DNA of 24,991 nucleotides from Macrostomum lignano (GCA_002269645.1 NIVC01005141.1:1-24991), one strand, 5' to 3'; positions 1 to 11,930 are shown, counted from the stretch's first letter. Notes: generated by a model from the sequence alone, not told the origin. Numbers and translations: made by a program.

Positions 1-496
1 CGGATGGAGAGGCTTCGCAGACGCATGTGGCCGCGGTCCAGAGTTTGCCGACCCCTTCTAAGAACCGGACATTTACAGCGCTGAATAGGCTGGACACAGG
101 GTAGCGCGCCCACAGCTCTAAAAGGCCGCTAGCATCACCTCACAGAAAGAGATCGAAAGCCACCTCATCTGCCGACTCTGAGGCCAAGAGAAAGCCGGCT
201 CTGATCATCCAAAGCCAGGAGATGCCACTTTCGGCTGACCAAATCTGACCTAGGTTGGACAAGTTGGCCCAAGTCCTGAAGCCAGCAGGCCCTCCACACC
301 CAGTCTGGGCAGCAGCTCCTTGAAATGCTGAAAGCCCTCGACTGGGAGCCACTTGTTTGATCTGCAGGAGGACGGCTCACGAGACCATCGCCAAGCCAGC
401 GGAGACGGTTTCACGGCTATCTTCGACACTGGATGCTCTGCTATACGACATGTCCCTCATTTCTGTCGAGCTGATACGGATTCAGATTTTCAGATT

Positions 497-672
497 GAAT
501 TGGCCTCAGCAACTCATCTGGTGCATGAGAATCGGCCTCAGCAACCCATCGGGTGCATGAGAATCGGCCTCAGCAGCCCATCGGGTGCATGAGAATCGGC
601 CTCAGCAGCCCATCGGGTGCATGAGAATCGGCCTCAGCAGCCCATCGGGTGCATGAGAATCGGCCTCAGCAG
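497..672. repeat. 32-bp minisatellite, about 5.5 copies
   Basis: Unit GAATCGGCCTCAGCAGCCCATCGGGTGCATGA starts at 497, 529, 561, 593, 625 and 657 (partial); the first copies are slightly diverged. Confidence 0.95.
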
Positions 673-1041
673 TTTACACTGAGAATGAAAATGAGAATTG
701 GCGATCTTAAGATCTTATCGTTATGCATATATATTAGCAATAATGGTCATTTCGCGTGAAGCAAACCTATCGAGTGCATTAAAGAAGGGAGTTTGTTAAG
801 CGTCAAGTTTCAAGTGTACTTCTTTGCATTTTTTACGAAAGGTATGCGAAGTAGAGCATATAGAGAGTTTTTCTGATCCCACAAACACGACAATGTGCTA
901 TATTAAAGAATAATTAAGCGAAATATGTTTTGTTTCTATCAGTTTTCATGTGCATCAACTCGGGTCAATTGACAAGCAAGATGATTTGAAACATTGACAA
1001 CAGGTGCCTTCTAGGCGCACTTTGAGTCGTCCGTGCCTTAC

Positions 1042-2081
1042 TCAGTATTCGAGTTGCTCATGGAAAAGCATCCGGATCTGATCCTCAGTCAGAATCCGAC
1101 TTGTCACGGGGACAGCCCGGATGATTCCGTTGAGCAACAGGCTCCGGCCTGAAGAAACAGTCTGCCAGCCGATCTTCAAGCAGAAACTCTTCCCAATGTT
1201 TGCAGTCGTATTTGGAGCAGCAAAACTTGTTTCCTCGCGCAGAAAAGCCGAATCGACAAAGAATTTGATCCTGCCTGCGGCCGTGTCCCGGACCACACCG
1301 ACCATGAAGAATCGGTCAGGGTTGGCGGGCAGCAGGACAGATCCGGAGACAATTTTTCCTGGTGGAATGAACTTTAAGCATAGACTTAGCGGGTTTGCAG
1401 GTGCATTCTTCTCAGAAAATTGAATTTCCTCTTTGCTAGCGCTGTCACAAGTGCCCCATGACATGTAGCTCCGCCTTCCGGAGTTCTCTTCAGGTGCAGC
1501 ACCCAGGTGTAGGACGCCGTGAAGTCCAGACCTGTGGGGTCGTCCACCCACAGCCGAGACGAGACTCCGTCCATGCGAGCGCCATCACTCGTCCAGGTCA
1601 CATTGAGCGACTTCACGGGGTTCCTCTGTCCCTCGGAGCCGCACACCAGGTTCTCCAGCGCCGGTCCCCTGTCTCTGACCCACACAGCGCTGAAGTGCTC
1701 GTTCGCAGCGATCGCGTCGTACTCCGAGTCCACCACGGTCTCGCAGGTGCTCTCAGCGGCCACTCCGGCAGTCGGTGTCGTGGAGGTCATGTTGAGCAGG
1801 CGGCACACCTCACCGAAGCGGAACAGCGCGCACGAGGCGTCTCGCTTGTTCCGCTGCACCACGCCGACGCTGCCGAGACGGAACGACCGACTCGACACGA
1901 AGCAGTCGAGCATTGAAGAGGAGCGCCCGGAGCTGATCTGCCACACCAACTTTGACTTGTTCAGGCACTGGCTAGCTCTGACAACAGCGTATTTGGCTAT
2001 GGCGGAGCGGCATTCAGCGTGAACAAGCAGCAGGCTCCCGAGAAGCAGGAACAGCAGCATCTGCTGATGCGGTTCGGCCAT
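1042..2081 (-). CDS. Secreted protein: signal peptide, Cys-containing PAN/apple-like region, C-terminal LamG/ConA-like domain; one apparent -1 frameshift near 1471
   Basis: Hydrophobic leader MLLFLLLGSLLLVHA. LamG-like strands DFTASYTWVLHL, FFMVGVVRD..GRIKFFVD and LNGIIRAVPVTSRILTEDQIRML. ORFs 1386-2126 and 1042-1551 join if one G is added (GGC GG[G] AGC TAC, giving PEGGSYMSWG). Domain names are by recognition only. Confidence 0.65.
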
Positions 2082-2424
2082 CGCGATGCGGCGAAGATTT
2101 GCAGTTTGGAAAGCGGCCCCTGCCACCGCTTATATTTCACGTTTTTTAGCATTAGCAAAAAATTGGAAATCGTCATGAAGTCTCTGATTGAGTGCTCTTG
2201 ATCCGATTTTGTCAAACACTTGACTAGTGATTGATTGACTGATTGAAAACTATACACTTGAACTCGCCATTTTTTTATTTCATTTCTCAACAACTCACCA
2301 ATTTCAAGATGTGAAATTTGTAACATCCAGATTTTCCATTAGGGAATTCCATTTTGCCTAAGTGGAAATTGATGAAGATTGATAAGGTCTAGCATTGGTG
2401 AGCACGAAGTGTTGTTGCTGGATA

Positions 2425-2890
2425 GAAGGTCAGACACAGCGGATTGAGGGTCAGACACAGCCGATTTGGAGTCAGACACAGCGGATTGAGGGTCAGACAC
2501 AGCGGATTGAGGGTCAGACACAGCCGATTTGGAGTCAGACACAGCGGATTGAGGGTCAGACACAGCCGATTGGGAGTCAGACACAGCCGATTGGGAGTCA
2601 GACACAGCGGGTTGAGGGTCAGACACAGCGGGTTGAGGGTCAGACACAGCCGATTGGGAGTCAGACACAGCGGGTTGAGGGTCAGACACAGCCGATTGGG
2701 AGTCAGACACAGCGGGTTGAGGGTCAGACACAGCCGATTGGGAGTCAGACACAGCGGATTGAGGGTCAGACACAGCCGATTGGGAGTCAGACACAGCGGG
2801 TTGAGGGTCAGACACAGCCGATTGGGAGTCAGACACAGCGGATTGAGGGTCAGACACAGCGGATTGAGGGTCAGACACAGCGGATTGAAG
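2425..2890. repeat. 21-bp minisatellite, about 22 copies with alternating variants
   Basis: Units GGGTCAGACACAGCGGATTGA / GAGTCAGACACAGCCGATTGG; the SDPQSAV-type repeats in the ORF track give the copy count. Confidence 0.95.
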
Positions 2891-3246
2891 GTCTTTGCAG
2901 TTTGTCTAAAAATTGTAAAATAAAATTGTGTATAATTTTTTAATATTCAAAACAAAGGATGTAGTAAAGTATTTAGCAGTGAGTTGGTGTATTTTGGCGA
3001 TTGCAACACATCGTTCGCAGTTTGAGGTATAAAAAAAGTCAAAATTATTGCACACTTGTTAATATAAAAAAAACTAGACCCCATATTGAAAAGACACAGA
3101 AGAGCTGAGCGCTGCATCAGTGCCCACCTGAGAGAGTTTTTGGAAACTGATTTTTTGGAGACGGGACTCGAACAAAAATTAAATCTGTGTCACTTCTGCG
3201 TACCGCAAAATGGCCTTCGGCACTTTGCAGCCCCGCGCAGTGAATT

Positions 3247-3331
3247 ACAGTAAGTTACAGAGATTTATCATGCTGTGACAGTAAGTTACAGGGATTTTTC
3301 ATGCTGTGACAGTAAAATACAGAGATTTATC
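3247..3331. repeat. 31-bp tandem repeat, about 2.7 copies
   Basis: ACAGTAAGTTACAGAGATTTATCATGCTGTG repeated at 3247, 3278 and 3309. Confidence 0.85.
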
Positions 3332-3584
3332 GCGTTAAGCATCAAGAATTGCTAGAAACAGTCAACAGAGCGGTACGAATTTCTCACAGATTGAGCAGTG
3401 ATGAAGCGGTGCGTCTGAAGTTCTCTATCAATCTTCGCTTCTGAAATGAAATCAAGGATGAGCTGAAGGCATCGAACTCAGCACGACATTTGCAATGCCG
3501 CTGTAAAGTCAGAAACCAGCCGGTGAAAATAAAGCTAGTGAACGATCAGAATCGCAATGCAGAGAGCTAGCTGCTGATTCGAAC

Positions 3585-3703
3585 TCAGGACTCTTCTTCG
3601 CTATCCGAGTCGCTATTGTTTCTCCTGCACCTCTGCACCAGAATATAGATGAACTCAAGCAGCTCGAAAGTGCTCACGACGCCGAGCCAAAGTCTCCACC
3701 GAT
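3585..3703 (-). pseudogene. DEG/ENaC channel, last exon (TM2), disrupted as assembled
   Basis: Acceptor CCGCAG|ATC GGT GGA gives SE|IGG. The frame then shifts to LWLGVVSTFELLEFIY..EEES*. About 7 nt after IGG and about 6 nt around the GxS filter appear to be missing relative to the family pattern GG.LGLW.GxS..T..E. Confidence 0.75.
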
Positions 3704-3896
3704 CTGCGGGATTTCGAGTAGATTTGAGCAGATGTCTGGTTTGGGGTCTCTGCAGCTTCCTGCTGCCGTGTTGCTGTGGGGCTCGGGCACTGGTTAGCTG
3801 GGCACTGAGCACCGAGACAAAGAGGCGGCACCTTGCAAAGCGTTCGGTCACTCCGTAGTCATTCAGGAGTAAGCTGCAAGCGGATGGCCACCCGAT

Positions 3897-4255
3897 GGTA
3901 GCTCATGCCAATTGGAGCGGGTGAGAACCCATGGGAAGACGGTAGCTCATGCCAGTTGGAGCGGGTGAGAACCCATGGGAAGACGGTAGCTCATGCCAGT
4001 TGGAGCGGGTGAGAACCCATGGGAAGACGGTAGCTCATGCCAGTTGGAGCGGGTGAGAACCCATGGGAAGACGGTAGCTCATGCCAGTTGGAGCGGGTGA
4101 GAACCCATTGGAAGACGGTAGCTCACGCCAGTTGGAGCGGGTGCGAACCCATGGGAAGATGGTAGCTCACGCCAGTTGGAGCGGGTGCGAACCCATGGGA
4201 AGACGGTAGCTCATGCCAATTGGAGCGGGTGAGAACCCATGGGAAGACGGTAGCT
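3897..4255. repeat. 44-bp minisatellite, 8 copies plus a fragment, inside ENaC intron 2
   Basis: Unit GGTAGCTCATGCCAGTTGGAGCGGGTGAGAACCCATGGGAAGAC from 3897 in 44-bp steps to 4249. Confidence 0.95.
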
Positions 4256-4530
4256 TACTGGGAGGACTCGCGACCCAATCGGCTCTGAGGCTCGCGCAGC
4301 TCAGTTTGCTCAACATACTTTCTACATGTAAGCAGCTTTGTAATGGGGCTAGCTAGCATTTTACGAGGTAAAAGAATTGGCAGAGAGGAGCAGCTCAGTG
4401 TCGCTAAGGGAACCAGGGCGGGACGGAGGGGCTAAGGCCGTTTTTAAAATTCGCATGAAAATTAGTGGGTCTAGGCGGGTCTGGTCACCTGCAGCCTGCG
4501 GGAATATTGCAACAGAAATGCAGCTCTCAC

Positions 4531-5387
4531 CTCCGACAGAGCCTCAGTCCAGTGGTATTTGTACTTCTCTTCGTAAGCGTCCGCCGCAGGACTCTGCAAG
4601 TTGATGCTGACTGCTGCCAGGTTTTTGGACAATAAGCGACGCTGAAGGCAGTACGGTGCTGACTCGAGGTATTCTTCCAAAAGCTCGTTGAGTGTGGAAG
4701 TGTTAGTATTATCAATAGTTCTATTATAACTGAACCAAGCCGTGCAATTCCAGTAGTCCTGATCAAGAAGATGCAACAATACATGTTCCTTTCTGGAAAA
4801 AAGTAGAAATTTTTTTATCATGTGCTGCTTTTTTCCATCCCTGCTCCGCCTGAACTTCATTCCATGTCTGACCAGCGGCGCTATCAGTTCTTCTGAGATC
4901 TCTTGAATAGCGCTTAACGGGGGCCAGCTGCGGCTCTGCTGCCAAGGCCGTTGCTGCGTAAAATCGCACCGCATCCGGTGCTGAAACTCTTTCACCAGCT
5001 CCTGACCTCGCCTCTGTGCGTGTTCAAACCAGAGGTCATGGCAGCTGATTCTTTTGAGCACAGCATCTGATGGGGTTATCCAATTCTGCGGTGGAGCGAA
5101 GTAACACAGGTCGCTCGTGTTCACCGAGAACGGAAGCAGGTGCGAGTAGCAGCCGCAGTTGCTTTGCAGGATGCTCTGCTGTGCCTCGAATACAAAATCT
5201 GAAATGGATTTGAAGTACTCCTTGCTAACAACGTTCGTCGAGGCGTTGGAGAAGTATCTGACGTAGTTGATGGTTTCTAAAGGAGGCTCGGAACACCTGC
5301 GACTCGGCGTCGATACGAGCCGGTTGTGGATCGGCCTGAGTTTGATGGAGGTGCTTCTGGCTGAGGCCACGTCTACGAACTCGGCGT
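4531..5387 (-). CDS. DEG/ENaC channel, coding exon 2 (Cys-rich ectodomain to pre-TM2)
   Basis: Acceptor CTGCAG| at 5388 keeps phase (YPLT-D-AEFVDVASARSTSIKL). Cys-rich thumb (CGC..P, C..C). KNLAAVSINLQ..YEEKYKYHWTEALSE is followed by donor GTGAGA at 4530. Confidence 0.85.
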
Positions 5388-5597
5388 CTGCAGTTTAGCA
5401 TGGGTAAAAGGTTTTAGCGATAAAAGCTAAAGTGAGCATTTGGAATCTTTTGCTCGATGAATCGTTCATTTTTATAGAACCTTCGAAGTTTTCGAGCATT
5501 TGGAAAGTATTGCAGTTCTAAATCAAGACAATTATAAACCCTCTAAGCAAAGTAAAACCTTACTAGGCAAAACATCTATTTTTTAAATAATACGTAC

Positions 5598-6429
5598 CAG
5601 TCAACGGGTAGCTTTTTGCTTCGTGAAAGAAAATTCGCAATCCATTCGACTGAGGTTGGTTGTTGTTCAGCAGCCGGCTTATAGCTATCATATTGAAAGC
5701 CAATCGACCAAGACATACTAGTTTTGAAATAATATTAGAAAATTCGGGACGGTAGGTAAAACTAGAAGAGCCAATGTATCCATCGGTGAAGAGAACCATG
5801 TCCAACTTGGCTCCTCTGCCCCCAGAACCACTGGACGACTGCTTTGGGTCCGGGTGGAACGTGTAGCAGTTCCAGAACCGGCTCGTCTGGACAAGCGAAA
5901 AGTTTTTGTGACTGCATGGCTCGTTGTTGTAGCGGCATCGCAGCAGCATGGTCTCGTCGAGGTGGGAGATGTCTCTGGTGTCGTCCGACACCCACATCAC
6001 GTCTAGGACCTTCTTGCACACCGTCTCAAGTCGGCTTTCATAGCTTTCATCCGATTCTTGCGGGCGCTTCGGGGTGTCCTCTTTGAACCAGTTGACGAAA
6101 TTGGCCCAGAAAGTCGGAAAGTATTTGCTTCCAAGAATATTAGGACCTACGCTTGCAGAAAGGGGCTTGAAGTTGCAGATTGTGACGTCGGGAAACTGGG
6201 CTTGTTCGCTTTTCAGCTTCAGCTGCGACTCAACGGAGTGCTCGGTGAACTTCTGCACCAACTTGGCCAGGTGGACGGTGCAGCCGATCAGGGCAGCTAC
6301 GAACAGAAGCAGCCAGAAGAGCCGTCTAGCTGTGCCTCTGGACAGGAATATGTGCAGCAAGCCGTGGGTTCTCGTGATGCCAGCCACCTCCTGAGCGGCA
6401 CCGGTCACCGTGCGGAGTCGGGCTCGCAT
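5598..6429 (-). CDS. DEG/ENaC (ASIC-like) channel, coding exon 1 (N-terminus, TM1, start of ectodomain)
   Basis: HG motif (TRTHG), TM1 RRLFWLLLFVAALIG, FPDVTICN and WNCYTF signatures. Donor G|GTACGT at 5598/5597. A small in-frame intron near 5670-5710 cannot be excluded. Confidence 0.9.
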
Positions 6430-6895
6430 TTTCTTCTTCGGTTTTTAATGCAGCCTGCTAAACAATTTTCTAAGGCAAGAATGATCAAGTTGTTTACTGG
6501 TTACTACCGAATTCTTTACTTGGTTAAGCCAGGCGGTCCTGTTCCAGCCGTGCAAACCGCATCTTATCGGTGCCCTAGACTAATTCATGCCCATACCTGA
6601 GCTTGCGGCTTTGTTACATAGATAACATCGGGACAGCTGAAGCAAATTAAAAGTCCATGAAATATTTCAGTCACATTATATATTGAGCTAGTTATAGCCT
6701 AGCATCTGTAGTGTAGTATCCATTTTCTATTAAAAATACCGCTCGAATGATGGACTAATTGAAGCCACATTTTTTTGAAAATACTCGTAGAAACTTCTGA
6801 TTATAGCCATGGATAAGGAAATTGTTATATACAGAATAATTCGTTCCTTGGTTGCAGATTTGTTAGAACGCTTTTAATTTAATTGCTATCTCGCG

Positions 6896-7476
6896 CAGGG
6901 GCGTCGCCAATGGGGGGACAGGGGGGACATGTGTCCCCCACCCACCCCCCAGTAAAAGATCTGGGGGGGCATGCCAATGCTTTCTCCCCCCCCACCATGT
7001 GACCCGTTATGGAAATCAATAATTTTGCGGCAGGCTGGCAAAAAAAAGTGGCTGCGGCGCTAAAATGAGTGGCTGCGGCGCTAAAATGAGTGGCTGCGGC
7101 GCTAAGATGAGTGCCTGTGGTGCTAAGATGAATGCCTGTGGCGCTAAAATGAGTGGCTGCGGCGCTAAGATGAGTGCCTGTGGCGCTAAGATGAGTGCCT
7201 GTGGCGCTAAAATGAGTGCCTGCGGTGCTAAGATGAGTGCCTGTGGCGCTAAGATGAGTGCCTGTGGCGCTAAAATAAATGCCTGCGGCGCTAAAATGAG
7301 TGCCTGCGGTGCTATAATGTGTGCCTGCGGCGCCAAAATGACTGCCTGCGGCGCCAAAATGACTGCCTGCGGCGCCAAAATGACTGCCTGCGGCGCCAAA
7401 ATGACTGCCTGCGGCGCAAAAATGAGTGCCTGGTGCCCCCCCTACCCCCACCAAAAAATCCATGTCGACACCCCTG
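6896..7476. mobile_element. Non-autonomous hAT-type DNA transposon (MITE), 581 bp
   Basis: Exact 8-bp TSD ATCTCGCG at 6888-6895 and 7477-7484. TIRs CAGGGGCGTCGCCA vs CAGGGGTGTCGACA (12/14). An 8-bp TSD with CAG termini is typical of hAT. Confidence 0.9.
7048..7432. repeat. 21-bp minisatellite, about 18 copies, inside the MITE
   Basis: Unit GGCGCTAAAATGAGTGCCTGC with graded variants along the array. Confidence 0.95.
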
Positions 7477-7539
7477 ATCTCGCGTATCGCCATTACTAAA
7501 GTAAATATAGCGGATATATTGCATGCGAAGGTGTATTCA

Positions 7540-7828
7540 GCACGCCTGTGAAATATGAGACAGACCAGGCCTATGGGCTATGGTCTGCGATGCTTCACGC
7601 CTGCCCCTATCCCCTATCTATCCGCAGGTTAAGGCTGGTGGGAGGTCTGCACCCTCTATTTGCCGCTGGCAGCCGCAGACCCTCCCCCACGCTGTCTCGC
7701 AAGTAGTAGGGGTACCCAGGACCCAGGGGTACTCGTCCCCGCGTGTGTTCAAGGCAGACCCTGGGGCTGCTGGACTGACTGGGCTCCGACGCTGGCGACG
7801 CATCTAGTGGCTTCGGCCGAACTTGGGT
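7540..7828 (+). ncRNA. Predicted HDV-like self-cleaving ribozyme at the LINE 5' end
   Basis: P1 GCACGCC (7540-46) with CGCGTGT (7740-46). P3 GGG (7727-29) with CCC (7737-39). L3 TACTCGT. P1.1 AC (7731-32) with GT (7747-48). J4/2 CGAA (7818-21). P2 ACCCAG(G) (7721-27) with CTTGGGT (7822-28). Manual fold only. Confidence 0.7.
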
Positions 7829-8125
7829 ATGCGGGTCTGGCTCGCCAGCCTGCAGGCCGTGGTACTGCTTAACGTGCCTAAGGTGTTTGACTGTGCCGAT
7901 GGGCTGGAAGGCCGGGGGGTTGTCCGGTCGCTAGCGGTCCTTCCTTTTCCTTTTTCTTCTTTCCTCTTTCCTTTGTGACTCAGCTCACTCCTTCCCGCTT
8001 TCAGCTCCGCCTCTAAAACATAAAACTCCCGCTGAAGCCGGGGCCCCGGCAACTCCGGCCGGTGACTCTAGCACCAGCGCCGCCCACCGGGGGCAGATGG
8101 GCTTGCCACCGGCTCGGCCGGTGAC

Positions 8126-8962
8126 ATGCCCGCACGCGCACCCGGGCCCTCAGCAGAGGCCCGACGTGCCCGCAACCAACGCCGCAACGAGCGGCGACGG
8201 CGACTGCGGGATACTGCGGGCCGGCCACCGGCGGAGGGGGAACCTAGGGAGGGCGAGGCTGCCGTTGGGCCGAAAGGAGCCACAGCAACCCCTGCCCCCA
8301 GGATACAACCCCCGCTGATGAGCCACCCAGTAAACCTGCTACCAGCGCGGCCGGGCCTTCGGGAACCGCCGCCACCAACTACGCCCGTGAGCGTGGTCAA
8401 ATCTACCAAGACGACGGCTGCATCTTCATCTGGTGCAACTCGGAGGAGAGCAGCCGCAGTCTACGCGAGCTTCTGCCAAAGTTGAACAGGCCAAGAAGCT
8501 CGGCAAGCTTGTCTTCGCCAGCGAGGGCGAGCAACAAAAGACCCAGCGCTTTTGCGTCCGGATCCCGGCCGGCAGTGCCATTAAGTCCGGGGATCAGCTT
8601 AGGCTAATCCTGCTAAAGCTGCATCCTGGCCTTGAGGTCAATGGGATAATACACCACGCCACTTCCCGCAAGGAGAAGGGGCCACGGTGATTCTTGGGCT
8701 CTCCGACGACTGGGCTAAGCGCCTGCCGCCTAAGTCCACAATCCACCTTCGTCTGACTCAGCTGACCATCCTCCGTTGCAAGGAGCGGAAAGCTGATGAA
8801 GCCAAGCATGCCGAGGTTTCCGAAACCGGAACTGGGGCCCAGGCTCTTCCGGCAAAGAAGCTGAGGCAAACGGCCGACCCAAGCCCAGTAAGGCAGTTCG
8901 CGCTGCTAAAACCGGATATCGCAATCGCAGACCCGCCAGGAGCACCCGGAGGTCCGGTCTGA
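8126..8962 (+). pseudogene. LINE ORF1 remnant (frameshifted)
   Basis: Three consecutive overlapping ORFs (8126-8485, 8433-8690, 8687-8962) upstream of the endonuclease; basic, Pro-rich N-part. The true start is uncertain. Confidence 0.6.
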
Positions 8963-9320
8963 TCCAGGCCCGCGCTTCTCGTGCTCCACCCCAACAGCCA
9001 GAAGGCCGGGCTGTCGGCGGGAAGGCGCCGACCGACTGTTCGAGTCTGCGACTCACCAGGAGGCTGGCACCACCCGCATCGACCTGACCGACGAGGCAGA
9101 GGGGACGGGCAGTGAAGCACCGAAGCACGTAGGGGAGGCGACGGTAACGTCCACGCTGGGCTCATACCCGCGGAGGACTCCGCAGCCACCCTAACTGCCG
9201 AGGACGCTGAAACTCCCATGGAGATCTGAGGGCCAACCACCCCTGAAAAGGAGGAGGATGACCTGCTCACAGATTCCCAACTGCATGATAATGATCAGCA
9301 GCCAGGGAATCCATTGCTAG

Positions 9321-10969
9321 CAGATTAATCTGCAACACTGCGTTGCAGCCTCGGTCAACCTTATGCGTCACGCCGAGCTCGACACGCCAGGGCTCATCTT
9401 CGTCCAGGAACCCTGGACTCTTAGAGGTAAGCCTCAAAACGCCCCTGCCAGCTACAACTGTTTTTATACATAACTTCACGAGGCCAACCAGTCTCCCAGA
9501 GCTTGCATCTTTTCGGTCAACATGTTCAGTGCGTGGCTCAGATCGGACCTGTCTAACAGGGACATCTGCGTCATCCAATCTGAGGACCTCCTTCCTGGGA
9601 AGACCACCCTCATAGCCTCGGTCTACCTACCAGGCGATGCTGCGGTCGTCCCCAGAGCCCTCGCTACGCTGGTGGAGCTCTGCTGTGCCAAAAACTACGA
9701 GCTTATGGTTGCCAGCGACATCAACGCCCACCATACTCACTGGGGCAGCACCGGCATTAATCTGGCCTCCGTCGCAGAGCTAAGAGACTCCACCGCAGAG
9801 CAACTAAAACTAAGAGCCCAGCGGACCAAACCGCCTATCATGAAGCAATCCATGAGTTTAAAAAGGCAGGTTAGGAATGCAAAGGCTCAAAAATGGCGAC
9901 AATACTGCGAGGAGCTAGAGGGCTCACGCCCCACCTCCAGAATTGCGAAAGCGCTTACGCTGGACAAAATTTCTAAGCTTTCCTCAGTCAAACGCACCAA
10001 CGGTACGTCCACGGACAACCCAGGGGAAACGCTTGATGAAATGCTCACTGCGTTTTTCCCCAACGAGCCAGCTAGCCCGACCACTCCGGATCACTCGGAG
10101 GGAGGTCACGCGCTGGCTGCCTCTATTATCACGGAGGACCGCATCGTGAGAGTGGCTAACTCCTTCAAACCTTTCAAAGCCCCAGGGTCCGACGGCATCG
10201 TACCTGCCCTTCTAAGAGAGGCGGTTAATGCCCAGGCTTCCTGCGTAAACTTTGCAGCCTTTTTCGGGCGTGCATCACGCTTCGTTATGTTCCGCAGGCA
10301 TGGACCGAGGCAAAGGTGATTTTTATCCCTAAGCCAGGCCGCCCGGACTGCCATTCTATCAAATCCTTCAGACCGATCAGCCTGACCTCCTCCCTGGTCA
10401 AGCTGATGGAGAGACTGGTGCTGTGGCGCCTTCTCTCCGTAGAGCTGAAGAACAAGCCTTCCAGCGAGAACCAGCACGTCTTTCGGGCGGGTCGCTCCAC
10501 TGAAATCGCGCTGTACGTCCTGGTCGATAACTTGAGAAGGCCGTGCTTGGTTGCGGCTTCGCTCTGGGATCTTCCTGGACATCATTGGCGCCTTCGATAA
10601 CATCCTCTTCGAGGCGTTCCGAAGAGCTCTTTGTGAGAGGCAAACGCACTCACATCTCACCAGATGGATCATGTACATGATCAGCCATCGCACGGCCACC
10701 GCCAGTCTGCTGGACTACCAGAGGACGGTCATCGTCTGCAAAGGTAGCCCGCAAGGTGGTGCTGTCTCCAGTTCTCTGGATCATCGATGAGCTCCTCCGG
10801 ATGCGGCCTGACCCCATTCTGAAAGTTGGATATGCGGACGATGTCACCGCTGTGGTCTTAAGGGACCTTCTTCAGAACTTCAACGCCGCTGAGCGATCAT
10901 GTTCACCAGCAGGACCAAGTGGCAGATTCGGCCGCTCACGCTTTACGGAAGGGAAATCCCCTTCTGCAA
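9321..10969 (+). pseudogene. LINE ORF2, 5' part (AP endonuclease and reverse transcriptase) with stops, frameshifts and internal deletions
   Basis: Motifs as above spread over several frames. In-frame stops (e.g. before QINLQH, after YNCFYT). The C-terminal endonuclease half is largely missing. Confidence 0.9.
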
Positions 10970-11804
10970 TGGAATATTGGATACATTGCGATACGGCAAA
11001 TACGAGCCGTAGTTTAGGCCCTAGACAAACCTACTGGAGCGATTGGAGATTTTAAAACTATTAATTCCTATTGCCTATCGCGGGTAGGTGAGTCCTACCA
11101 AGCTTTCTCTAATAGTCGCAGATACGGTACAAGTAAATGAATTACGCGGTAGAAAGCAATTCCAGATGGATTTAGATTGATGATCCTAATCTGACATAAA
11201 GACTGACTGAGACTTGAATTCTTAATATTTGATTGACTCCAAATTTTAACACAGATTAGATAACGCAATTTGCAATTGAACACTTGACAAATGAAATTAA
11301 CAACGCACTCCGGCGAGTGGATCTCAATGCTGGAAGAAGTGAAAAGGCGAAACCAGAACACAGGACCAACGGAAAGCTCCTACACACCCCTGGCCTAATC
11401 CCAAGGTCCTACTCTCAGAAGAGGACACTGACGGCCTGACGGTTCAGCGAATCCCTCGCCAAATCCTACCAGATATGCCTTTCATTGAAAACTGGGGCCC
11501 TCGGGATCGAGGTCGCGTACTATGTCAAACCGACAGTTCCTACCTATATCGCGCTTGCCGACGACAAACTCTGAACATGGTTGTCGCGATTGTTACGCCG
11601 GCAAGGCTACTGCGGTCGGGCAGCGGAACAAGATATGGGCCGGGGCTCGACTCGATAAAAGCGCCTCAAAGCACGGCAGATGGCAAAACGGCCGGGAGAC
11701 GAAAACGATCAACCAGACGAAAAGGAGAAGAACCGGGATGTCTGTCTGGCTGACCGCTCGATTATCCAAATTGCACTGAACCCACGGCGCGCTCTCAGGC
11801 CGGG

Positions 11805-11930
11805 TAGAGTCGGGTTTTGACACCGGGTTCGGTGTTCGGGGTAGGCGTTCAGGTCGGGTTCGGGGTAGTGTATTCGGGTTCGGGTTTCGGTTGTTCGGGT
11901 TTTGGTACCGGGTTCGGGGTTTTCGGGTTT
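11805..11930. repeat. Cluster of TTCGGGT/TCGGGTT short motifs (transposon subterminal-like)
   Basis: Many degenerate TTCGGG(T) copies in a short GT-rich tract. Confidence 0.75.

Noticed and set aside
1-470. Coding-like GC-rich stretch, possibly a retroelement ORF1 remnant or host exon
   Set aside because: Stops in all frames and no recognisable motif; cannot be assigned.
2339-2943. Repetitive ORFs (SDPQSAV, IEGQTQR, VRHSGLR repeats)
   Set aside because: A 21-bp period keeps several frames open on both strands; there is no independent coding evidence.
3897-4255. tRNA D-arm/A-box resemblance of the 44-bp unit (TAGCTCA..AGTTGGAGCG)
   Set aside because: No T-arm/B-box (GTTCRA) and no cloverleaf; the similarity is too short to support a tRNA or SINE origin.
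497-7432. Tandem arrays (32, 21, 44 and 21 bp) as CRISPR arrays
   Set aside because: The units are head-to-tail with no unique spacers, there are no cas genes, and the context is eukaryotic.
6879-7499. Repetitive ORFs (GSHFGAA, APQALIL, MSACGAK repeats)
   Set aside because: Artefacts of the 21-bp array inside a MITE delimited by TIRs and a TSD.
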